From contig CAZLQU010000002.1 of NCBI GenBank assembly GCA_964561805.1, positions 1 through 47,665 of the forward strand: DNA of 47,665 bases, in the 5' to 3' direction. The translations under genes and the position numbers were made by a program. This document shows positions 1 through 7,904 of the stretch, piece by piece. How positions within the stretch are numbered: position 1 is the stretch's first letter; each line of letters begins with the position of its first letter. The notes under the pieces are model-generated. The model was not told the DNA's origin. It did not search any database and saw only the letters and a program-made list of their open reading frames with translations. Source of the stretch: an uncultured Muribaculaceae bacterium (GTDB taxonomy: Bacteria > Bacillota_I > Bacilli_A > RF39 > UBA660).

Positions 1-1
1 A

Positions 2-1057
2 GATAGAAAAACATTAGAACCAATATCAGGTATTACAACTGAATCAGCCTGTACAGCAGCTGGTGGTAGATGGCAAGGATATGGCGAATATTTCTGTGAA
101 AATCAAGACACTTTACAAAGAATGACAGAGTATACGACAGAGAATGCTTGTACAACAGCAGGCGGAACATGGAAGAGTGGGGGAAGTCCACTTAAATATG
201 CTGTATATAACAATAGTGCTGGTAACGGAACTCCATTGTCCGTCGACCATATTAGAAATTATAATATAGGCAATGATATTATTATCTATGATAATTTTTT
301 GGTTAATGCTACACAACAATATTATTATGTTTTTATATGGATAGATGGATATTTAGTAGATAATTCAATTAATAATCTATCATTTAGTGGCTATATAAAA
401 GCTGAAGCTAAACAAACATCACCAAAATGGGTTTATACTGCTAATACTTGGGATGGCAACACTACGACACTCTACAATGGTACTAATTTAACTGCAATAT
501 ATCTAAATACTGCAATTTCTAATAGCATAACACAGTATGCGAGTCCAGACGCAGCAATGCAGGCATTTAAAACAGAAAATGGTTTTTATCCTAATGTATT
601 TTTGCGACACACGATGGAAAATAATTTAGTAAAAGAAATATATTATGGTATTGTAATAACTGATGATTTTCTTGCAGTAATGAAGGAGTCGTGGATAAGT
701 GATAACTGTGATGAAGAAGATCCACAGGAGCAATATCAGCAATGCATAAATAGTTATCATGGTGGCACGCCAGGAACGTATTATATAAATGCTACTTCTT
801 ATGAGGATGATACGGATGGACCAATATTTACTGCCAACAAAGACGCTTTATTTACTGCTTTTGGAAACGATGCTTGTGATGACTATGATACATTCGCACA
901 GTGTGCCGCTTATACTTATGATGCTGAATTCGGCGCTGAGACTTATTATGATGCTGAGGGGCATGCATATTATCAAATAGGTGACAAATATTATGGTTGC
1001 AATATTACATGGGCTTCTCCTAATAGTTATGCTTATTGCAATGACAACTCTAATTAA
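2..1057 (+). CDS. C-terminal part of a Cys/Tyr/Asn-rich, probably secreted protein of unknown family (5' end lies outside the window)
   Basis: Frame 2 is open from the window edge into ORF-track 122..1057. Two copies of a T-E-x-A-C-T-x-A-G-G-x-W motif occur (ESACTAAGGRW, ENACTTAGGTW). The tail is Cys-rich and a hairpin terminator follows. I recognise no family. Confidence 0.6.
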   Translation, partial: DRKTLEPISGITTESACTAAGGRWQGYGEYFCENQDTLQRMTEYTTENACTTAGGTWKSGGSPLKYAVYNNSAGNGTPLSVDHIRNYNIGNDIIIYDNFLVNATQQYYYVFIWIDGYLVDNSINNLSFSGYIKAEAKQTSPKWVYTANTWDGNTTTLYNGTNLTAIYLNTAISNSITQYASPDAAMQAFKTENGFYPNVFLRHTMENNLVKEIYYGIVITDDFLAVMKESWISDNCDEEDPQEQYQQCINSYHGGTPGTYYINATSYEDDTDGPIFTANKDALFTAFGNDACDDYDTFAQCAAYTYDAEFGAETYYDAEGHAYYQIGDKYYGCNITWASPNSYAYCNDNSN

Positions 1058-1064
1058 TAACTAA

Positions 1065-1094
1065 AGTAGACACAAATTGTAGGTCTACTTTTTA
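1065..1094 (+). terminator. Rho-independent terminator
   Basis: Stem agtagac (1065-1071) pairs with gtctact (1083-1089), followed by a T-run. Confidence 0.7.
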
Positions 1095-1131
1095 ATTGAC
1101 TCATAAAAATGTATATTTTTCTTGTGAATTG

Positions 1132-1140
1132 TGATATAAT
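1132..1140 (+). promoter_or_regulatory. Extended -10 promoter element (TGaTATAAT) for the Abi-htrA unit
   Basis: tgatataat lies 9-18 nt upstream of the candidate start codons, which implies a very short or absent leader. Confidence 0.4.
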
Positions 1141-1148
1141 TTAATAAG

Positions 1149-2084
1149 GTGATGCTAGTGGAAAAGGATTTTAAAACTATCGACCAGCAAATTGATATTT
1201 TTAAGAAAAAGGGATTAATAATTGATGATGAAGTTATGGCTAAAGATATTCTTCTTAAAGAGAATTATTTCTTTTTGAATGGTTATAGACATATATTTAT
1301 GAATTCACCTACGGATAGGACTTTTGTATCCGGAGCTAGTTTTAGTGAGTTATATGCAGTATTTTGTTTTGATAGATACTCTAGAAATATATTTTTTAAG
1401 AATTTATTAATTATTGAAAATAGACTTAAATCAGTTATTTCTTATCAGTTATCTAAGAAATATGGATATAAAGAGAAGGATTATTTGAATCCTAGGAATT
1501 TTACGCGAGATCCAGAAAAGAAAAGAAGAGTTAAAGACGTTATTGAAAAGATGAAACGTCAGATTAGAATCAATACAGGTAGACATAATGCAACGATGCA
1601 CTATTTAAAAAATTATGGTTATATTCCTTTGTGGATTTTAGTTAAGGTTTTATCTTTTGGAATGGTATGTGAATTATATTCAATTATGACTGATGAGGAT
1701 AAATTAGAAGTATCTTCAGTATTTGATAGAACTGTTGATATGTTAGAGAGTTTTTTACCACTACTTTCTAATGATCGTAATGTATGTGCACCTGAGGATA
1801 TCGTTTTTGATCATAAGACTGAAAGAAGTATTCCTGATACTGAATATCATAAAAAACTTAATATTTTTAAGATGGATGATGAATATATTTATGGGAAGAA
1901 TGATTTATTTGCAGTAATTATCATATTTAAAATGATGCTTGAAGATGATGAGTTTAGAATGATGTTAAAAGAGTTTGAATATGAACTTGAGAAATTAGAT
2001 AGTAGGGTAGATTCAATACCGGTTGAAAAGATGCTTGATACGATGGGTGTACCTAAGAATTATATGGACATAATTGATATGTAG
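1149..2084 (+). CDS. Abi_2 family (AbiD/AbiF-like) abortive-infection protein
   Basis: N-terminus FKTIDQQIDIFKKKGLIIDDE...ENYFFLNGYRHIF and the later RNVCAP block fit the Abi_2 pattern. The start is ambiguous (GTG 1149, ATG 1152 or GTG 1158). Confidence 0.75.
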   Translation: MMLVEKDFKTIDQQIDIFKKKGLIIDDEVMAKDILLKENYFFLNGYRHIFMNSPTDRTFVSGASFSELYAVFCFDRYSRNIFFKNLLIIENRLKSVISYQLSKKYGYKEKDYLNPRNFTRDPEKKRRVKDVIEKMKRQIRINTGRHNATMHYLKNYGYIPLWILVKVLSFGMVCELYSIMTDEDKLEVSSVFDRTVDMLESFLPLLSNDRNVCAPEDIVFDHKTERSIPDTEYHKKLNIFKMDDEYIYGKNDLFAVIIIFKMMLEDDEFRMMLKEFEYELEKLDSRVDSIPVEKMLDTMGVPKNYMDIIDM

Positions 2085-2094
2085 AGGTGATAAT

Positions 2095-3288
2095 ATGGAA
2101 GAAAATGAAGTAGTAAAAGAAAAAGAGGAGAAAAGAGAGATACCAAGAGTGCTTGATGATGTTGTGGTTGAGGAGAAAAAACCAAAAGTGAAGAAGAAAA
2201 AAACTGTGAATGGTGTTGGTATTTTAATTTTAAGTATCATTATATCGTTTATATGTGGAATGTTGGGAGCTTATTATATAAGTAAAACTTTTAGTGTGGA
2301 GCAAGTTGTTAAAAATGTTACAACAAGTGAATTAATTGAGAATAGTATTTCATCATCTGTTGATAAGGTATATGGTTCAACGGTTGTAATTACAGCATAT
2401 GCGAGTGGTAAACAAATTTCTACAGGGACAGGTTTTATTTATAAGAAAAACGATAAATTAGCATATATTATGACTAATAATCATGTTATTGATGGAGCTG
2501 ATGAAGCAAAGATTGAGTTTAATGATAATGATAAGAAAATTGATGCTAAAATTGTTGGCGGAGATAAATATGCAGATATTGCTGTTCTAACTATTCCTGA
2601 TAATGAAGAGTATAAGACAGTTGAAATTGGTGACAATGAGGTTTTAAAATTAGGTGATACAATATTTACTGTGGGAACGCCCATGGGTTCTATTTATAAA
2701 GGAACGGTTACTAAGGGTATTTTATCTGGCAAGGATAGAATGATTTCTGTAAATGTAACTGGTAGTACGGCTGATTATTATATGAAAGTTATACAAATAG
2801 ATGCCGCAGTAAATCCTGGCAATAGTGGCGGACCATTATGTGATGTATCTGGTAATGTTATTGGAGTAATAAGTCTAAAGATTGTTGAAGATACAGTTGA
2901 AGGTATGGGGTTTGCAATTCCAATTGAAGATGCTTTAAAATATGCAAATCTTATCGAAGAAGGCGGCCAAATCAGTAGACCATATGTTGGAATTACAATG
3001 GCTGATTTATCAGAAGAATATTATTTATGGCAAAATAGAATTTCAATTCCAGATGGTGTAGATGAAGGCATTGCTGTAATTTCAGTAGAAAAAGGTTCTC
3101 CGGCCGAGAAAGCAGGACTTAAGAAAGGCGATATTATCGTCACTTTGGGTGGAGCAAAGGCTGGCAGTTTAGCAGAATTTAGATATGAACTTTATAAATA
3201 TGATGTTGGCGAAAAAGTTGAAATTGAATATTATCGTGATAGTAAAAAACAAAAAACGATAGTGACACTTGGTAAAAACCAATCATAG
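2095..3288 (+). CDS. htrA: Membrane-anchored HtrA/DegP-type serine protease with C-terminal PDZ domain
   Basis: Catalytic triad context TNNHVI / DIAVL / GNSGGPL. PDZ-like GSPAEKAGLKKGDIIV. N-terminal TM helix. RBS GAGGTGA precedes ATG 2095 (the ORF-track start 2074 is less likely). Confidence 0.9.
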   Translation: MEENEVVKEKEEKREIPRVLDDVVVEEKKPKVKKKKTVNGVGILILSIIISFICGMLGAYYISKTFSVEQVVKNVTTSELIENSISSSVDKVYGSTVVITAYASGKQISTGTGFIYKKNDKLAYIMTNNHVIDGADEAKIEFNDNDKKIDAKIVGGDKYADIAVLTIPDNEEYKTVEIGDNEVLKLGDTIFTVGTPMGSIYKGTVTKGILSGKDRMISVNVTGSTADYYMKVIQIDAAVNPGNSGGPLCDVSGNVIGVISLKIVEDTVEGMGFAIPIEDALKYANLIEEGGQISRPYVGITMADLSEEYYLWQNRISIPDGVDEGIAVISVEKGSPAEKAGLKKGDIIVTLGGAKAGSLAEFRYELYKYDVGEKVEIEYYRDSKKQKTIVTLGKNQS

Positions 3289-3293
3289 AATTT

Positions 3294-3317
3294 AACCCAA
3301 TCTAAAGATTGGGTTTT
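3294..3317 (+). terminator. Rho-independent terminator after htrA
   Basis: aacccaatc-taaa-gattgggtt hairpin followed by a short T-run. Confidence 0.6.
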
Positions 3318-3337
3318 AAAATGTATAAAAATGCTTT

Positions 3338-3367
3338 AAAAAAATTGCAAAATATGATAAAATATAC
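3338..3367 (+). promoter_or_regulatory. 30-nt conserved promoter/operator-like element, copy 1 (upstream of the sipW operon)
   Basis: aaaaaaattgcaaaatatgataaaatatac is 25/30 identical, without gaps, to 14464..14493 upstream of the giant gene. It contains AATAT direct repeats 10 nt apart. Confidence 0.5.
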
Positions 3368-3394
3368 TATGTATAGTAGTGGGAGGAGATTTTA

Positions 3395-3928
3395 ATGAAA
3401 GCTATAGGAAACTTTTTACTAGACATTGTAATAGGAGCATGGCTTATTGCCGCTATTTTTGTAACGGTTTGTTTACTATCATATAACGATTTTAGAGTTA
3501 CAACTTTTGGTAGTACAGCGTTATTAATTATTGACGATGATTCAATGGAGCCAACTTTTAAAGAAGGTGATTTAGTCATTGTTAAAAGAAATAGCGATAA
3601 TAAGATAAATGTTGGTGATAAAGTATTCTACTATAATAGTGCAATGGACAGTAATGTATGGATTTACTTAGATGATGTTGAAGAAAAGACACCAATTACA
3701 AGGGATGAAACATCATATAAACTTGCTGGTAAAACGGTATCAGGTGAATATGTTATTGGTAAAGCAGATGGCGCCAGGGTAATGCATCATGCAGGTACTT
3801 TCCTTGGAATATTTACTTCTAGATGGGGATTTATGTTTTTAGTAATATTCCCAACATTATTTGCCATTATTTATGAAATCATGATGATTATTGATGCTAG
3901 ACGTGATATGAAACATAGTGAAATCTAG
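3395..3928 (+). CDS. sipW: SipW-like (ER/archaeal-type, S26B) signal peptidase paralogue 1, divergent
   Basis: N-terminal TM, serine box DDDSMEPTFKEGDLVIVKR, C-terminal TM. It lacks the I-T-H-R and K-G-D-N-N blocks seen in paralogues 2 and 3. Confidence 0.8.
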   Translation: MKAIGNFLLDIVIGAWLIAAIFVTVCLLSYNDFRVTTFGSTALLIIDDDSMEPTFKEGDLVIVKRNSDNKINVGDKVFYYNSAMDSNVWIYLDDVEEKTPITRDETSYKLAGKTVSGEYVIGKADGARVMHHAGTFLGIFTSRWGFMFLVIFPTLFAIIYEIMMIIDARRDMKHSEI

Positions 3929-4478
3929 TTATAAAATATTTTTAATTGGATTATTTGTTCTATTTGTAACGACATTAATTGTCGTTGAAACATATGCATT
4001 ATTTGAAACCAATAGCAATGGCGCAAAGACATTAGATATATCTGATTGGGTAATCTACGTAAATGACACAGATATTACTGAAACAAGAACGATTACTTTA
4101 AATGATTTCACTTATGTAAATGGTTCACATACAAGAGCCAATCGTTTTGCACCGGGAAGTAGTGCATATTTTGAACTAGAAATCGATGCATCAGATGCAC
4201 AAGTATCAGTTGCTTATGATTTAGAGATTGATGATTCCCAAATAGCTGATTATCCAAATATTAATTTTACAATTACCGATACTGATACCAATACAGTAAT
4301 CAATGATACTGAATATAGTGGAACAATTCTTCTTAGTGATCAAAATAGAACAAAGACTTTGAGAATTAATTTAGTATGGACTGATAATTCATTATATGAT
4401 GAATCAGATACCAGTTTAATTGGCGAGACCTTGGCATTTACAATCAATGCCCATTTTGAACAATATACTGGAGAATAA
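3918..4478 (+). CDS. Short-class TasA/CalY-like secreted protein with SipW-cognate-type signal peptide (P1)
   Basis: GTG start overlaps the sipW1 stop by 11 nt. Signal region KIFLIGLFVLFVTTLIVVETYALFETN. C-terminal motif LVWTDNSLYDESDTSL shared with P2, P4 and P5. Confidence 0.7.
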   Translation: MKSSYKIFLIGLFVLFVTTLIVVETYALFETNSNGAKTLDISDWVIYVNDTDITETRTITLNDFTYVNGSHTRANRFAPGSSAYFELEIDASDAQVSVAYDLEIDDSQIADYPNINFTITDTDTNTVINDTEYSGTILLSDQNRTKTLRINLVWTDNSLYDESDTSLIGETLAFTINAHFEQYTGE

Positions 4479-4499
4479 AAAGAGGAAGTGAGGTGTGAT

Positions 4500-5369
4500 A
4501 TGAGCCACCTAAAGAAAATTACACGAATTGTCGTAAATATTTTTACATGTTTACTTTTGGTAATACTTGTTTTAGTAGTTTATGGCAAATTAGCAACAAC
4601 ATTTGGTAAAAATAAGTATCCAAATTATTTTGGTTATACTTTTTTTGAGGTAGCAAGTGGCTCTATGGAACCGGCACTTTATGTAAACGATGTTGTTTTA
4701 GTTAAAATAACCCAAGATGATTTTAAGGAAAATGATATAATTGCTTTTCATAGTGAGGATGCAATTATTACCCATCGTATTTTGTTTATTGATGGCGATA
4801 TTATTACGGTTAAGGGAGATCATAATGATGTTATTGATAAACCAATTACAAGAAGTCAAGTAATTGGTAAGATAATTAAAGTATTTCCAGAAATGGGAAT
4901 ATGGAAAAAGGTTTTAACTGATCCAAAAATTATATTTGCCATCTTTATAACACTACTTTTATTTGATTTTGCTTTGTCTTATGGAGACAAGGATAAAAAA
5001 ATGGAAAAGATGCTTGATTTGGATGAAGGAAAACCAGTATCTGAAATGGTTACAAATGAACCAAAGGTAGAAGAAAAAGTTGAAATAAAAGAAGATAAAA
5101 AGAAAGTCATCGAATCTGAGAAACTGCTTGAATTAACAAGAAAAATTGATATTGATGAAATTAATAAATTACTTGAGGGAACTGAATATAAATTAGAAAA
5201 AAGAGAAATAAATAATATTAAAAAAGAAATCAGTAAGATTGAGGAAAGTAAAGATAAGGGCGAAGAAATTGTTCCAAAATTTAATGAAAATGAAAGAAAG
5301 GTTTTGGAATATACACTTAGACTTGATTTAAATAGGATTCAGAAGAATATTGATAGTAAAGTTAAATAG
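4500..5369 (+). CDS. sipW: SipW-like signal peptidase paralogue 2 with a ~125-aa Lys/Glu-rich C-terminal extension
   Basis: SGSMEPALYVNDVVLVK, ITHRILF and KGDHNDVID blocks, then a second TM, then a K/E-rich coiled-coil-like tail. RBS GAGGAAGTGAGGTG favours ATG 4500 over GTG 4488. Confidence 0.85.
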   Translation: MSHLKKITRIVVNIFTCLLLVILVLVVYGKLATTFGKNKYPNYFGYTFFEVASGSMEPALYVNDVVLVKITQDDFKENDIIAFHSEDAIITHRILFIDGDIITVKGDHNDVIDKPITRSQVIGKIIKVFPEMGIWKKVLTDPKIIFAIFITLLLFDFALSYGDKDKKMEKMLDLDEGKPVSEMVTNEPKVEEKVEIKEDKKKVIESEKLLELTRKIDIDEINKLLEGTEYKLEKREINNIKKEISKIEESKDKGEEIVPKFNENERKVLEYTLRLDLNRIQKNIDSKVK

Positions 5370-5378
5370 GTGAGGAGT

Positions 5379-5975
5379 ATGCGAAAGACCAAAAGAGCAT
5401 TTAAAAATGTAAATAGTCGTGATTTTAGATTATATTTGTTTTCATCAATTCTTTTGATTGTGACTTTAATTTCTTTTGGTAGACTAGAATTTACGCAAGC
5501 TAAATACGAAAGTGAAGTAGAGATTAGTGTAGAACCAACACTTGCTTTCTTTATTGTTGATGTTACAAATACTTCTGGGCAAATAAAATTGGATGGAATA
5601 ATACCTAGAGCTACGCCATACTTATTTACTTTTCAGGTATCTAATTTTACAACTACGAAACATGCTGATGTTGATTTAACATATTCGATTGAGATAATTA
5701 CAACGACGAATATGCCACTTAATTTTAAAATCTATAAGGGAAATGATATGAATACTGACCAAATTGATTCTGACTTTTCAACGACGGATGCTGATGGAAT
5801 GTACTATAGACATTTGGTAATCAATGATGTGTCAACGATGAATTATAGTCAAAATGTTACTGATACATATACTTTATCGGTGGAATTTCCAGTAAGTAGT
5901 GCGAGTAACCCCGATGCTTATGCCGGCATAATTGATTTGGTTGATGTCAAAATCAATGCTGAACAGGTTGTGTGA
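5379..5975 (+). CDS. Short-class TasA/CalY-like secreted protein (P2)
   Basis: Basic n-region, hydrophobic helix, then EFTQAKYES. C-terminal DTYTLSVEFP...DAYAG...INAEQV resembles P1, P4 and P5. ATG 5379 lies downstream of AGGTGAGGAG. Confidence 0.7.
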   Translation: MRKTKRAFKNVNSRDFRLYLFSSILLIVTLISFGRLEFTQAKYESEVEISVEPTLAFFIVDVTNTSGQIKLDGIIPRATPYLFTFQVSNFTTTKHADVDLTYSIEIITTTNMPLNFKIYKGNDMNTDQIDSDFSTTDADGMYYRHLVINDVSTMNYSQNVTDTYTLSVEFPVSSASNPDAYAGIIDLVDVKINAEQVV

Positions 5976-5978
5976 TGT

Positions 5979-6905
5979 ATGAAAAGAAGAATTAAATTGT
6001 CATATAAAAAACTTTTGCTTTTAGTACCAATTATAGCAATTATTATGATTGGAACGTATACATTAGCAAAATATGTTATTGAAGAATTTCATAGTTATTA
6101 TTTGCAATCAAAGCATTTCTATTTTACGAGTAATCGACTTAAAAAGAATTTAGCAACATATATGGTTAATAACTGGTCAGGTGTAGGATCTTTTGATATT
6201 TCATTTGATTTATCATCTGAGAAAAATAGTCTTGTTCATAGCGACTTTGATATTCCATATACAGTAACTGCTACATGTCCAAACGATGTAACATGTGTAT
6301 TTGATAAGCAATCTGGGACGGTATACGCTAATAGCCAGACACATTCTGATACGGTTACATTAACGGTAACACCATCACGTAATTATAATGAGAATGAACG
6401 TTTAGTCATATATATTGAAGCAAATAGTACTTCTCCTTATACGGAACAGTTAAAAGCTAATTTTGAGTATGTCGTTGGTAAACAAGGTGTTACGTATGAA
6501 GTAGAAGATGAAGCTAATAGACCATATATGTTACTTAAAATAACTAGTGCGGTTACATATTGTAAGGTAATTACAGCATTTAATAACTATCCAGTTAATT
6601 ATTTGCTTGATAATAGTATTTATCGTACGTTAACTGATACGGATAAAGCAAAATGTCAAGGCGAAGCAGTATCTGTTAGTTTTAATCCAAGTACGATTGT
6701 TTTGGATACGACTTCTAACATTGTTAATACGGCAACACTGGGGACAACGACACTTAATGGTGTTGCTTATATAAGTAGTTTGGATTTCTATATTGAACCG
6801 GTTAGTACAATGACAATTAAATTCTATAAGAATACACCGGCAAATAATTATAAATATCCAAACGATAACAACACTCCGTGTGTGGTAACAGTAACATTTC
6901 CTTAG
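5979..6905 (+). CDS. Secreted protein with SipW-cognate-type signal peptide, long variant (P3)
   Basis: KKLLLLVPIIAIIMIGTYTLAKYV signal region. Thr/Asn/Val-rich, beta-rich body. Lies 3 nt after P2. Confidence 0.65.
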   Translation: MKRRIKLSYKKLLLLVPIIAIIMIGTYTLAKYVIEEFHSYYLQSKHFYFTSNRLKKNLATYMVNNWSGVGSFDISFDLSSEKNSLVHSDFDIPYTVTATCPNDVTCVFDKQSGTVYANSQTHSDTVTLTVTPSRNYNENERLVIYIEANSTSPYTEQLKANFEYVVGKQGVTYEVEDEANRPYMLLKITSAVTYCKVITAFNNYPVNYLLDNSIYRTLTDTDKAKCQGEAVSVSFNPSTIVLDTTSNIVNTATLGTTTLNGVAYISSLDFYIEPVSTMTIKFYKNTPANNYKYPNDNNTPCVVTVTFP

Positions 6906-6917
6906 TAGGAGGTAAGT

Positions 6918-7895
6918 ATGAATTATAATATTATTGAAGAATATCTTAGTTTTAATCGTGAAAAATACTTAGAATTTTTTAAGATTTTACTTGGTAGTCG
7001 TTATCAAAAATATTTATGTGCACTATTTATAGATAAATATATTAGTGTTAGATATTTTAATGAAACTAATTATTTAACTGAGAAAGATTTTATTAAGAGA
7101 ATTAATAAAGAATTAGTTGATTTAACTGAAAAATTAGCAAATGATGATAATATTGAAGATATTAAAAATATCGTGGCTTTATTCGGCTACATAGTATATT
7201 TTGATGATATTTGTGTTGTTACCCAGGATATGGAACTAATTAATACTTTGGTAACTGATGATGTTATAAAGATAAGAAATAAAGAAGAATTAAAACAGTC
7301 AATTAAAGATTGGTATATCAGTTTAAAAAAAGGTAAAGAAAAGTTTAATAATACACTGATGACTAAAGATTTTAGCTTGCTTGAAGTTAGGTTATATCGT
7401 AAGTTATATAATTTGGAGTTAGAACACAACGTTAAGATATCAAATTTATATAGCGAATATGCAATTGATAAAGCTTATAATAGTGGAACAGTGAATGAAG
7501 ATAAATTATTTATTACTTATATTTTGGCATCAGATTTAGTTTTAAATAATGCAATTAATTTAGATTTTTCTAGATATTATATGGTTCCATTGGCTAATAC
7601 GTTATTTGAAAAAGAGAAGAAATTCACGAGACTTATTAATGTTATTAATAATGGCTTAGCTAAGAAATTTATATCAATTAGAATTACTTATAGTGATTAT
7701 AAAAAAAATAAAAATAAAATTAACGATTTGATTAGTGAAGGATATTCTTTTGGAATAGAACTCGATAGTAAATATACGGGGAATACGAGTGAACTTGTAT
7801 TGTTTCCATATATATTCGTGTATGAAGATACACCAGAATATGAGATGTTAATGCGCGAAAAAGATCTGTTAAAGTCGAAAATTATCAAATTATAA
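6918..7895 (+). CDS. Cytoplasmic protein of unknown function; the C-terminal half may be a degenerate EAL-like fold
   Basis: Strong RBS TAGGAGGT. No signal peptide or TM. Blocks LLEVRLY / YYMVPLANTLF / ISIRITYSDY / LISEGYSFGIELD / LVLFPYIFVYED occur in the same order as EAL-domain motifs, but with catalytic residues replaced. Confidence 0.7.
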   Translation: MNYNIIEEYLSFNREKYLEFFKILLGSRYQKYLCALFIDKYISVRYFNETNYLTEKDFIKRINKELVDLTEKLANDDNIEDIKNIVALFGYIVYFDDICVVTQDMELINTLVTDDVIKIRNKEELKQSIKDWYISLKKGKEKFNNTLMTKDFSLLEVRLYRKLYNLELEHNVKISNLYSEYAIDKAYNSGTVNEDKLFITYILASDLVLNNAINLDFSRYYMVPLANTLFEKEKKFTRLINVINNGLAKKFISIRITYSDYKKNKNKINDLISEGYSFGIELDSKYTGNTSELVLFPYIFVYEDTPEYEMLMREKDLLKSKIIKL

Positions 7896-7904
7896 GGAGG
7901 TACT

